NCBI GenBank assembly: GCA_035765675.1
Contig: DASTXC010000123.1
Location: 11,180 to 75,179, forward strand
DNA: 64,000 bases
From: Verrucomicrobiia bacterium
Lineage (GTDB): Bacteria > Verrucomicrobiota > Verrucomicrobiia > Limisphaerales > DASXHY01
Direction: 5' to 3'
Made by a program: the position numbers and the translations under genes. Position 1 is the first letter of the stretch, and each line of letters opens with the position of its first letter. A model generated the notes under the pieces. It was given only the letters and a program-made list of their open reading frames with translations, was not told the DNA's origin and did no database searches. Below, in pieces: positions 17,096 to 25,479 of this stretch.

Positions 17096-18226
17096 CTACT
17101 TCCAGCCAAGCTGCTTGCGCTTCGACCACAGTTCGCGCGGCTTGAAAATTCCGACCGGCGTGATGATTCCAGTGATCAATTCCGCCGGCGTGACATCAAA
17201 ACTCGGATTCCGCGCACCGCTTGTCGGATTCGCCACGCGCACATAAGCCCGCTTCGCTGATTTGGAACTTGGAATTTGGAACTTGGAATTTCCCATCACG
17301 CCCCACGCTCCCAGCACTTCGCTCTCATGCCGCTCTTCAATCGGAATGTCGAAACCGGATTTCAGATTCCAATCAATCGTGGACAGGGGGATCGCGACGT
17401 AGAACGGAATGCTGTGGCGTTTCGCGAGAACCGCTTTCGTGTAGGTTCCGATCTTGTTCGCGACTTCGCCGGTTCGACCGAGCGTGCGATCGCTGCCGAC
17501 AATCACCAGATCAATTTCGCCGCGCTGCATCAAATGGCCCGCGGCGTTGTCTGCAATGATCGAATGCGAAATGCCCTGCTGCGCCAGTTCCCAGGCGGTC
17601 AAAGTTGCGCCCTGCGAACGCGGACGGGTTTCATCACAGAAGACGTGAAATTTTTTTCCGCGTTCCTGCGCGGCATACATCGGAGCGGTCGCGGAACCGA
17701 CATCGACAAACGCCAGCCAACCGGCGTTGCAATGCGTCAAAATTTTCATGCCGTTGCGAATCAGCTTCGCGCCGTGTTCGCCGATTTCGCGACAATGCCG
17801 GGCGTCGTCATTCGCAAATTCCTCCGCCGCCGCCAGCGCGAGGGCTTTCTGTTCTTCAACGGTTTCGCCCGAACGCATCGCGGCGCGAACGTCATTCATG
17901 GCGTTCACGGGATCGACAGCAGTGGGACGCGCGTTGGCGAGCGTTTGATAGACGGTTTCAACGTGCGCCGAGAATTTCGCGAGATCGCGTCCGCGAAACG
18001 CCAGCGCGCCCTGGACCAGTCCGTAGGCCGCCGTTGCGCCGATAGCGCCCGCGCCACGCACAATCATATCTTTGATCGCGAGCGCCGTTTCGCGGAAGTC
18101 GCGCGTGCCGATGATTTTGAATTCGTGCGGCAGCAAGCGTTGCTCGATCAGCAGCACGGAATTTTTTTCGACGTCAAAGGTAACAGTACGGTAATGGCGC
18201 GTCTGGCCGCGAACGGTGACATTCAT
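17096..18226 (-). CDS. mtnA: S-methyl-5-thioribose-1-phosphate isomerase family (eIF-2B alpha/beta/delta-related)
   Basis: LLIEQRLLPHEF, AIKDMIVRGAGAIGATAAYG, THCNAG, VFCDETRPRSQGA, VGSDR, NKIGTY, NPSFDVTPAELITGIITPVG. Confidence 0.8.
   Translation of the reverse strand: MNVTVRGQTRHYRTVTFDVEKNSVLLIEQRLLPHEFKIIGTRDFRETALAIKDMIVRGAGAIGATAAYGLVQGALAFRGRDLAKFSAHVETVYQTLANARPTAVDPVNAMNDVRAAMRSGETVEEQKALALAAAEEFANDDARHCREIGEHGAKLIRNGMKILTHCNAGWLAFVDVGSATAPMYAAQERGKKFHVFCDETRPRSQGATLTAWELAQQGISHSIIADNAAGHLMQRGEIDLVIVGSDRTLGRTGEVANKIGTYTKAVLAKRHSIPFYVAIPLSTIDWNLKSGFDIPIEERHESEVLGAWGVMGNSKFQIPSSKSAKRAYVRVANPTSGARNPSFDVTPAELITGIITPVGIFKPRELWSKRKQLGWK
17261..17293. repeat. Heptamer tandem repeat (TTGGAAC/TTGGAAT x4), family E, inside mtnA coding sequence
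   Basis: TTTGGAACTTGGAATTTGGAACTTGGAATTTCC. It translates on the minus strand as GNSKFQIPSSK. The same heptamer array occurs at 19471-19505 and 28461-28490. Confidence 0.9.
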
Positions 18227-18257
18227 GGACGGGATTAAACGGAATCCGGCAGTGCGA

Positions 18258-18674
18258 TCAAAGCACTTTCACCTTCATCCGCCGGATCTGATCGCGAATG
18301 GTGCGATAGAGCGGATGCTTGCGCAGGACGCGAAGATCGGGATCTTTCGCCAGCCAGGCGAAGTCGCGGTAGCCCAGCGAAATGGCGCGGCGCAGCGATG
18401 TGGCGGCGAGTTCGATTTCACCGGTCAGCGAATAGCTGCAGGCGAGATTGTAAAACACGAGCGGGTTGGTCGGTTCGAGGCGGGACAATTTCTCGTCCAC
18501 TTTCAAGCCTTCCTCGAATTTGCCGCGCTGGGTGTAATGATCGCCAAGCAGTTGAAGCGCTTCCACATAATCCGGATCGCGGCGAACGATTCCTTCAATG
18601 AAATCAATCTTGATATCGAGGTCCCTGGTTTCCCGGCGCGTTAATTTCTTTCTCACACTGCTCTTTTGCGGCAT
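18258..18674 (-). CDS. TPR repeat protein (small)
   Basis: TPR-like helices (ALQLLGDHYTQRGKFEEGLKVDEKL, NPLVFYNLACSYSLTGEIELAATSLRRAISLGY). The start was chosen at MPQKSS; the ORF-track start is 18725. Confidence 0.6.
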   Translation of the reverse strand: MPQKSSVRKKLTRRETRDLDIKIDFIEGIVRRDPDYVEALQLLGDHYTQRGKFEEGLKVDEKLSRLEPTNPLVFYNLACSYSLTGEIELAATSLRRAISLGYRDFAWLAKDPDLRVLRKHPLYRTIRDQIRRMKVKVL

Positions 18675-18777
18675 ACGACGGATTGGATTGTTCCGCAGCG
18701 CAATTCTCAAGTCAAGTATCGGCACAAATCGACCTCCGCTTTACGACATTTTTCCCCGTGAGCAGAAGAAAAAAGAT

Positions 18778-18802
18778 CGGAAGGACGAGTTACACGAGTG
18801 CC
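18778..18802 (+). repeat. Repeat family D half-element CGGAAGGACGAGTTACACGAGTGCC
   Basis: 23/25 identical to 10437-10461. Confidence 0.85.
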
Positions 18803-18845
18803 ATTCGAATCCGGATTTTCGGGCAATTTAATGCGAAAGAATTTC

Positions 18846-18875
18846 AACCACGGATGGACACAAATGGACATGGAT
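18846..18875 (+). repeat. Solo copy of family B arm (AACCACGGATGGACACAAATGGACATGGAT)
   Basis: Related to the 30-nt terminal inverted repeats of the element at 58040-58257 (AACCACGGATGAAAACCGATAAACACGGAT). Confidence 0.7.
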
Positions 18876-19152
18876 TTGAAACGTAGTGCAGATTTCCAAA
18901 TCTGCTGTATCGCAGGTTTCTTGACCGGCGGAGAGCTGGAATTCAACTCTCCACCCCGCTGGCGAAATTCATGCCGGAGGACCGCATTTCGGAAATCGAC
19001 GACGCCATTGAAGAATTGTGCGGGCTGCATCCACCGACGTTCTCGGACAAAACAGCCAGTACAATTTTGCGGCTGGCGGAGAATTGCAGGCGGCCTGATG
19101 AAAAAAGCTTTCGAATGACTGGGGAAAAAATTTGGAAGAATTTCCGTGGTGA

Positions 19153-19228
19153 TGGTGGAGCCGAGGGGAGTCGAACCCCTGACCTTCTCATTGCGAACGA
19201 GACGCTCTACCAACTGAGCTACGACCCC
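19153..19228 (-). tRNA. tRNA-Ala (anticodon CGC)
   Basis: Minus-strand 76-nt sequence GGGGTCGTAGCTCAGTTGGTAGAGCGTCTCGTTCGCAATGAGAAGGTCAGGGGTTCGACTCCCCTCGGCTCCACCA. The cloverleaf folds by hand. Anticodon loop TTCGCAA, G3:U70 Ala identity pair, encoded CCA. Confidence 0.95.
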
Positions 19229-19331
19229 ATTCACCAGATTCGGACGCGGCATACTCTGAAGGCAAACCGTTCTTTGCGCAACTCCGTTTTGCAGTTTCAT
19301 CCGCGACACTGCACTGAAATTTCATTTTCGT

Positions 19332-19403
19332 CGGAGCGCGGGCTTCAGTCCGCGAGTTTCACGCCGCTATTTCCGGAACACGCGGACTGAAGTCCGCGCT
19401 CCG
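19332..19403. repeat. Repeat family A inverted pair, second locus
   Basis: CGGAGCGCGGGCTTCAGTCCGCG (19332-19354, 1 mismatch) and CGCGGACTGAAGTCCGCGCTCCG (19381-19403), with a 26-nt spacer. Confidence 0.9.
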
Positions 19404-19470
19404 ATTTGTCAGCACGTACCCATTGAACCCTCTTCGCCCATGGTCTCACCTTCCCCATTCGTTTCGCTGC

Positions 19471-19505
19471 TTGGAACTTGGAACTTGGAACTTGGAACCT
19501 GGAAC
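19471..19505. repeat. Heptamer tandem repeat TTGGAAC x5 (family E)
   Basis: TTGGAAC TTGGAAC TTGGAAC TTGGAAC CTGGAAC, ending 15 nt before the gatC ATG. Confidence 0.95.
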
Positions 19506-19519
19506 TTTAATCTGCGCGC

Positions 19520-19804
19520 ATGGCTGCCGAAATTGATGTCAAATACGTCGCGCATCTGGCGCGCATTGCGCTTTCTCCGGAAGAGGAACAACAACTTTCC
19601 ACCCAGCTCGGCAACATCCTCGGCTACATCGAAAAGCTGAAGGAAGCCGATGTCAGCGGTGTGGAACCGACGGCGCACGCGTTTCCGCTGGTCAATGTCA
19701 CCCGGCCGGATGAAGTCCGCGATTCGCTTCCCACGGAAGAGGCATTGCGCAATGCGCCGGCCAAAGCCAATGGACTGTTCATGGTTCCAAAAATTGTGGA
19801 GTGA
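19520..19804 (+). CDS. gatC: Asp/Glu-tRNA(Asn/Gln) amidotransferase subunit C
   Basis: 94 aa. IDVKYVAHLARIALSPEEEQQLSTQLGNILGYIEKL...VEPTAH is a typical GatC sequence. The gene precedes gatA. Confidence 0.9.
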   Translation: MAAEIDVKYVAHLARIALSPEEEQQLSTQLGNILGYIEKLKEADVSGVEPTAHAFPLVNVTRPDEVRDSLPTEEALRNAPAKANGLFMVPKIVE

Positions 19805-19870
19805 CGTCCGGCAAGCCGCCTTTGCAGGACTGCGCGCTTTTGCGCCTTTCACGTTGAAAAACATTTCCCG

Positions 19871-21334
19871 ATGCTCAATCAACTCACCATTTCCGAACTT
19901 GCCGCCCGGCTCGCAAAACGCGAAACGTCCGCGCGCGAAATCACCTACGCGTGTCTCGATCAGATTCAACGCGTCGATGAACGCATTCACGCGTTTCTGA
20001 GTCATGATCCCGCCGACGCGCTGGCCCAGGCCGACGCTGCGGATCGCGAACTGGCCAGCGGCGTCACGCACGCGCAAAAACCGCTGCTCGGAATGCCCAT
20101 TGCGATCAAGGACGTCATCAACGTCAAAGGTCATCCGCTGACCTGCGGTTCGAAACTGCTGGGAAAATTCATTTCGCCCTACGACGCCACGGTGATTCAA
20201 AAACTGAAAGCGGCGGGCGCCATTGTTTTTGGCCGACTGAACCTGGACGAATTTGCGATGGGCAGTTCGACGGAAAATTCCGCGTTCGGATTGACGCGCA
20301 ATCCCTGGGACACCACGCGCATCCCCGGTGGTTCCTCCGGTGGTTCCGCGGCGGCGGTGGCAGCGCATGAATGCATTGCCACGCTGGGATCGGACACCGG
20401 CGGATCGATTCGCCAACCGGCCGCGCTCTGCGGTTGCGTGGGTTTGAAACCGACTTACGGCCGCGTTTCGCGTTACGGCCTCGTGGCGTTTGCATCGTCG
20501 CTGGATCAGATCGGGCCTTTCACAAAGGACGTCCGCGATGCGGCCACGCTGCTGGAAATTTTGAGTGGCGTGGATCACGCGGATTCCACCAGCGTGCCGC
20601 AGCCGGTGCCGCATTATTCCGCCGCGCTCAACGGCGAGATCAAAGGTCTGAAACTCGGCATCGCGAAAGAATATCTCGTCGGCGGTCTGGATCCGGAAGT
20701 GAAACAGGCGGTGGACGCAGCCGTGAAGCAACTGGAAAAACTCGGCGCGGAAATTGTGGAAGTTTCGCTGCCGCACACCGATTACGCGGTCGCGACGTAT
20801 TACATCATCGCCACTGCCGAAGCGTCGGCGAATCTGGCGCGTTTTGATGGCGTGCGTTATTGCGCCCGGGTGGACGGCGCGGACCCGATTGAGATGTACA
20901 GCAAAACGCGCGGCGCGGGATTTGGTCCGGAAGTGAAGCGGCGCGTGATTCTCGGCACGTATGTTCTCAGCAGCGGTTACTACGATGCTTATTATCTGCG
21001 CGCCCAGAAAGTCCGCACGCTGATCCGCAATGATTTCCTGAAAGCATTTGAAAAGGTGGACGCCATTGTGACGCCCACGACGCCGACCGCGGCATTCAAG
21101 GCGGGCGAAAAATCCGGCGATCCGTTGCAGATGTATCTTTCGGACATCTTCACCATTTCGTGCAACCTGGCGGGCATTCCGGGAATCAGCATTCCCTGCG
21201 GCTTCACGAAATTGCCGAAGCTGCCGATCGGATTGCAGCTTTTGGGAAAACCGTTCGGTGAAGAAACAATTCTGAAACTCGCGCACGCCTACGAACAAAG
21301 CACGGCCTGGCACAAGGAACGGGCGGAGTTGTAA
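19871..21334 (+). CDS. gatA: Glutamyl-tRNA(Gln) amidotransferase subunit A
   Basis: Amidase signature [13 protein letters not shown]...[13 protein letters not shown], with PIAIKD and LGMPIA context. 487 aa. Confidence 0.95.
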   Translation: MLNQLTISELAARLAKRETSAREITYACLDQIQRVDERIHAFLSHDPADALAQADAADRELASGVTHAQKPLLGMPIAIKDVINVKGHPLTCGSKLLGKFISPYDATVIQKLKAAGAIVFGRLNLDEFAMGSSTENSAFGLTRNPWDTTRIPGGSSGGSAAAVAAHECIATLGSDTGGSIRQPAALCGCVGLKPTYGRVSRYGLVAFASSLDQIGPFTKDVRDAATLLEILSGVDHADSTSVPQPVPHYSAALNGEIKGLKLGIAKEYLVGGLDPEVKQAVDAAVKQLEKLGAEIVEVSLPHTDYAVATYYIIATAEASANLARFDGVRYCARVDGADPIEMYSKTRGAGFGPEVKRRVILGTYVLSSGYYDAYYLRAQKVRTLIRNDFLKAFEKVDAIVTPTTPTAAFKAGEKSGDPLQMYLSDIFTISCNLAGIPGISIPCGFTKLPKLPIGLQLLGKPFGEETILKLAHAYEQSTAWHKERAEL

Positions 21335-21391
21335 ATGCCGAACGACATTCAATGATGGCAACGCGAATAATCTTCAACTCGGCTCATTGCC

Positions 21392-21540
21392 GTAGCGCAG
21401 ATTGGCAACCTGCTGTTTCGCCGATTGGCAGCCGGCAGGTTGCGAACTTTTCGAAGCATTTAAACGTTTCACGGATGCGTTGCATCTCGCGCCCCGCGGA
21501 TTTCCAATCCGCGAAACAGCAGACTGCCAGTCTGCGCTAC
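21392..21540. repeat. Repeat family C inverted pair (bipartite GTAGCGCAGACTGGCAGTCTGCTGT-TCGCGGATTGG-AATCCGCG units)
   Basis: Unit at 21392-21436 and a reverse-oriented unit at 21495-21540. They fill the 240-nt gatA-gatB spacer. Confidence 0.9.
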
Positions 21541-21574
21541 AATCAATGTTCCCTCCCGACACTCTGGTAAATCT

Positions 21575-23056
21575 ATGGAATACGAAGCTGTCATCGGACT
21601 TGAAACCCACGTCCAGCTCAAAACCAAATCAAAAATGTGGTGCGGTTGCGCCAATGCGTTCGGCTCGGAACCCAACACCAACGTCTGCCCCGTTTGCCTC
21701 GGGCTGCCGGGCGTCCTGCCCGTGCCGAATGACGAAGCGCTGCGCCTCACGGTTTTGACCGGCTACCTGCTGAACTGCCAGATTCCGACTTTCGCGAAGT
21801 TCGACCGGAAAAGTTATTTTTATCCGGACATGCCGAAGAATTATCAGATCACCCAATACGACAAACCCTCCACGGCGAACGGCTACGTCGAATTCGAATT
21901 TCAGGGCGGCATTTCCCGGGTGCGCATCACGCGCGCGCATCTCGAAGAAGACGTCGGCAAGAGCACGCATTTCGAAAGGAACAGCGGCGTGGATTTCAAC
22001 CGCGCTGGCGTGCCGCTCATGGAAATCGTTTCCGAACCCGATCTCACCAGTTCGGACATGGCTTACGAATATCTGAATGCGCTGAAGGAAATTCTGATCC
22101 AGGGCGGCGTCAGTGATTGCGATATGGAAAAGGGCATGGTGCGTTGCGACGTGAACGTCAGCGTCCGTCCGAAAGGCAGCAAAGAACTCGGCGCAAAAAT
22201 TGAGATCAAAAACATGAACAGCTTTTCCGGTGTGCGTCGCGCGCTGGATTACGAAATTCCTCGCCAGATCGAAGCCGTTCAGCGCGGTGAAAAGCTGATC
22301 CAATCCACGCGCCGCTGGGATGACGTCACCGGCATTACGGAACAGATGCGCACGAAAGAGGACGCGCATGATTATCGCTATTTTCCCGATCCGGATCTGA
22401 TGCCGCTCGAGCCTTCGGAGAAATGGCTGGAAGAAGTTTCCAAACGCGTGATCGAACTTCCGCTCACGCGCAAGCAGCGGTTGATGAAGGATTTTGGATT
22501 GCCCGCCGGCGACGCCGAAGTTTTCAAGAGCAATGCTGCCCTGGGCAACTATTTCGAAAGCATTGCCAAAGGAGCGAAGAATCCGAAAGCCATCGCCAAC
22601 TGGCTGATCAACAATCTCCAGGCAAAACTCGCGGAAGCGAATCAAAAGGAAATCGCCGAACAATCCGCGATCGGACTCGAAACCTCGGAGATGCAACTCA
22701 CCACATTGAACGATTTGAAATTCAAACCCGAGGCGTTACTTGAACTCGTCGGGCTGGTGGACAACAAAACGATCAGCAGTTCCGCCGCGCAACAGGTTTT
22801 CGCCGAGATGTTCGAAACCGGCAAATCCCCTGCCCTGATTGTTCAGGAGAAAGGTCTGGCGCAGGTCAGCGACACCGGCGCGATTGAGAAATTCTGCGAC
22901 GAAGCGATTGCAGCGAATCCGAAGTTTGTCGCGGATTATCAGGCCGGCAAAGTCGCCGCGATCAATGCTCTGAAAGGCCAGGTAATGAAACTTTCGAAAG
23001 GGAAAGCCAATCCTGCATTGGTTGGAGAAATTCTGGAACGGAAGTTAAGAAGCTGA
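21575..23056 (+). CDS. gatB: Asp/Glu-tRNA amidotransferase subunit B
   Basis: MEYEAVIGLETHVQL...KMWCGC...CPVCLGLPGVLPV, RAHLEEDVGKS, and a C-terminal GatB/YqeY-like domain. Confidence 0.95.
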   Translation: MEYEAVIGLETHVQLKTKSKMWCGCANAFGSEPNTNVCPVCLGLPGVLPVPNDEALRLTVLTGYLLNCQIPTFAKFDRKSYFYPDMPKNYQITQYDKPSTANGYVEFEFQGGISRVRITRAHLEEDVGKSTHFERNSGVDFNRAGVPLMEIVSEPDLTSSDMAYEYLNALKEILIQGGVSDCDMEKGMVRCDVNVSVRPKGSKELGAKIEIKNMNSFSGVRRALDYEIPRQIEAVQRGEKLIQSTRRWDDVTGITEQMRTKEDAHDYRYFPDPDLMPLEPSEKWLEEVSKRVIELPLTRKQRLMKDFGLPAGDAEVFKSNAALGNYFESIAKGAKNPKAIANWLINNLQAKLAEANQKEIAEQSAIGLETSEMQLTTLNDLKFKPEALLELVGLVDNKTISSSAAQQVFAEMFETGKSPALIVQEKGLAQVSDTGAIEKFCDEAIAANPKFVADYQAGKVAAINALKGQVMKLSKGKANPALVGEILERKLRS

Positions 23057-23081
23057 ATCAGCGGAGCCATTTCAATCGGAA

Positions 23082-23109
23082 CGCGGAGTGATGCTCCGCG
23101 CTCCGTTTT
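23082..23109 (+). terminator. Hairpin + T-run after gatB
   Basis: CGCGGAG (23082-23088), loop TGATG, CTCCGCG (23094-23100), followed by CTCCGTTTTA. Confidence 0.5.
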
Positions 23110-24262
23110 ACTTCGCCACTTCCACGAAGATCGGTTCCTGAATGCCGGAGAGCTGTTCGAAATTCTGGATCTTTTCCAAGCTCATCTCGTTGATCTGATG
23201 CCCCGCCGCCAGCACGAGTGTTCCGTCCTTTGTCAGAACGTTCGTGTGCAAGACCATCCCGACATTCAAATCCCGCACTGCCATCGCGACGGTTTCCTTC
23301 ACGGCTTCCGCAGTGGCGTCCGGTCCGCCGAAACAGGCGCGAACTTCCGCAAGCAGTTTCGGATCGTACCAACCGTTGCGATGCTGCATTTCGGACAGGG
23401 CACGCAACGGCAATGCGCCCTCGGCTTCGAGTTGCGCGAGATCGGAAAGAATTTTCAACAACCGCGCGCCAATCGGAATGGCTTCGTCTTTGATGTCGTC
23501 TGGCGGAAAGCCTGTGCCATCAAAACGTTTGTTCTGGTAATGAACGATTTTCGCGACGCCTTCCAATCGGGGAATGTTGTTCAACAGCCGCGCCGCAATT
23601 TCAGGAACGTTCGCCACCATCTGCTCTTCGACTTTCGAAAGCGCATGGCTGGCTCGCGCTTTCACCATCGTCTCCGCCGGCAACGTGACATAACCAATCG
23701 GCGCCAGCATCGCGGCGACGTGCAATTCCCACGGATTGCTCACCGACATTTTCTCAACCACTTCGTTGATCATGCCGCGCAATTTTTCCGTCCGGCCAAA
23801 TGAGCGGACATCAACCATCGAAAGAATATCCGTCAGCAGCTTCACGCTTCCGCTCAGTGTTTTATTGAGCAACTCCTTCTCCGCCTGAATGAGTTGATAT
23901 TGCGCGAGGCCGTCTTCAAGTGCTTTGCCGAGAACTTCCTGCGGGCAAGGCTTGATGAGGAAACGGAAAATGCTGCCTTCGTTCACCACGCGAACCGCGT
24001 GTTCCAGATCCACATTCCCGGTGAGCATGATGCGCACAGTGTCCGGAACGCGCTGGCGAACCTGCGATAAAAACTGAATGCCATCCATGCCGGGCATCTG
24101 CCGATCCGAAATGACCACCGCGTAGGGTCCGCGTTCGGCAATTTTCGCCAGGCCCGCTTCGCCGCCTTCCGCGGTATCGAGTTGAAACCGCCGGCGATAG
24201 CTCCGTTCGCACGCGGCGAGCAGATTCGGATCGTCATCAACAAATAAAATTTTCTCACTCAT
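23108..24262 (-). CDS. Response regulator, REC + HD-GYP-like domain with degenerate HD dyad
   Basis: ATG at 24262 is preceded by GAGGAAATT. MSEKILFVDDD...VISDRQMPGMDG is a receiver domain. The C-terminal domain keeps HYQNKRFDGTGFPPDD (GYP-like) but has LAPIGY where HDIGK is expected. Confidence 0.8.
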   Translation of the reverse strand: MSEKILFVDDDPNLLAACERSYRRRFQLDTAEGGEAGLAKIAERGPYAVVISDRQMPGMDGIQFLSQVRQRVPDTVRIMLTGNVDLEHAVRVVNEGSIFRFLIKPCPQEVLGKALEDGLAQYQLIQAEKELLNKTLSGSVKLLTDILSMVDVRSFGRTEKLRGMINEVVEKMSVSNPWELHVAAMLAPIGYVTLPAETMVKARASHALSKVEEQMVANVPEIAARLLNNIPRLEGVAKIVHYQNKRFDGTGFPPDDIKDEAIPIGARLLKILSDLAQLEAEGALPLRALSEMQHRNGWYDPKLLAEVRACFGGPDATAEAVKETVAMAVRDLNVGMVLHTNVLTKDGTLVLAAGHQINEMSLEKIQNFEQLSGIQEPIFVEVAK

Positions 24263-24285
24263 AATTTCCTCAACCCCATCCTGCC

Positions 24286-25479
24286 TCACAACCCGTCATC
24301 AAAGCAATGTTCCCGCCAGCGTTCCAGCCGATCTCCCAGGCCGTGTTGCGACAGGCATTCTTCGAGTTGTTCCTTCGTGGATTCGCTCGTCGTTCCACTT
24401 TGTTCGTGCGCGAAGGCGTCGGCCACACAGACCGCGATCAATGGAGAAAACGATTTCACCGGCGAATCGGACGGTCGATGATGCAGCGCGACAGCTTCGA
24501 TAATCATATTCGGCAATCCCCACAGCCCAAGCAGATAGGCGCCTACCTCGGCGTGCGTCGCTCCGAATTCGCTTTGTTCCGCCGCCCAAAGACTGATGCC
24601 TTCCGTATTCGCTTTCGCAATCACCCGCGCATATTCCTCCGGCAAACCGGACGCCAAAATCAATTGGCCAACATCGTGCAACAGCCCGGCGAGAAAACAT
24701 TGATCGTTCACCTGCGGCCCGGCGTTTTCCAATTCCGAAATGCGCCGGGCCATCACGCCGGTCACCCAGCAATGTTGCGCCAAGGCATCAATGGAAAATC
24801 CGCGAATCAGATTCTGATCGAACTGCGAGAACACCTGGATCGACAACACCAAAGCCCGCACGGTCGCCAGTCCGAGATACATCACCGCTTCGCGCGCGCT
24901 GCTCAGCGGCTGCGGCAAACCAAAGAACGCAGAGTTCACCAGTTGCAGAATCTTGCTCGTCATGCCGATGTCCTGGGCGATGATTTTGCCGACGTTTTCC
25001 AGCGATGGTTCTTCCTTGCGCAATTCCTGCGTCAACTGCGCGTGCAAGGCCGGGAGCGTGGGCAATGAACGCAAGCGCGTGGCGAGCTGTTTCAATTGTT
25101 CATTCGTCAACAGATCGCGCAACGCAAACGCCCGGCGAATCGCAGTTCGCAATTCTTCCGCGTCGCACGGCTTGGATAAATATTGATGCGCCGGGCCCAC
25201 GAGCCGCAGCACGGATTCGCGATCCGCGTGTCCGGACAACACCACTCGAACCGTGTTCGGATGGCGTTTCATCACTTCGGTCAGCAGTTGAGCGCCGTCC
25301 ATGCCCGGCATCATCATGTCGCTGACAACCACATCGATCGGCTTTTCCGCCATGACTTTCAGCGCATTGGCGCCGCTGTCCGCAAAGCTGATATCCCATT
25401 CGCTGCGCATGCCGTAGAGCTGGCGTTGCAGGCCCTGGAGAATGCGCGGTTCGTCATCAACAAATAAAAGATTCTTCAT
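24286..25479 (-). CDS. Response regulator, REC + HDOD domain
   Basis: [14 protein letters not shown]...VVSDMMMPGMDG is a receiver domain. LPTLPALHAQL...IIAQDIGMTSKILQLVNSAFFGL...AVMYLGLATVRALVLS is HDOD. The start overlaps the upstream kinase stop (ATGA at 25476-25479). Confidence 0.85.
   Translation of the reverse strand: MKNLLFVDDEPRILQGLQRQLYGMRSEWDISFADSGANALKVMAEKPIDVVVSDMMMPGMDGAQLLTEVMKRHPNTVRVVLSGHADRESVLRLVGPAHQYLSKPCDAEELRTAIRRAFALRDLLTNEQLKQLATRLRSLPTLPALHAQLTQELRKEEPSLENVGKIIAQDIGMTSKILQLVNSAFFGLPQPLSSAREAVMYLGLATVRALVLSIQVFSQFDQNLIRGFSIDALAQHCWVTGVMARRISELENAGPQVNDQCFLAGLLHDVGQLILASGLPEEYARVIAKANTEGISLWAAEQSEFGATHAEVGAYLLGLWGLPNMIIEAVALHHRPSDSPVKSFSPLIAVCVADAFAHEQSGTTSESTKEQLEECLSQHGLGDRLERWREHCFDDGL

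Noticed and set aside
18707-19309. 200-aa minus-strand ORF (plus overlapping plus-strand ORFs 18798-19118 and 18971-19390)
   Set aside because: It spans tRNA-Ala and several repeat elements (families B and D), so its translation is repeat-derived (GTRVTRPS, NHGWTQMDMD-type strings). It is not a gene.
19409-21361. 650-aa ORF on the minus strand
   Set aside because: It is antisense to gatC/gatA, which have unmistakable family motifs. Its product is Arg/Gly/His-rich low-complexity sequence typical of shadow ORFs in GC-rich DNA, and its N-terminus reads through heptamer repeats (FQVPSSKFQVPSS).
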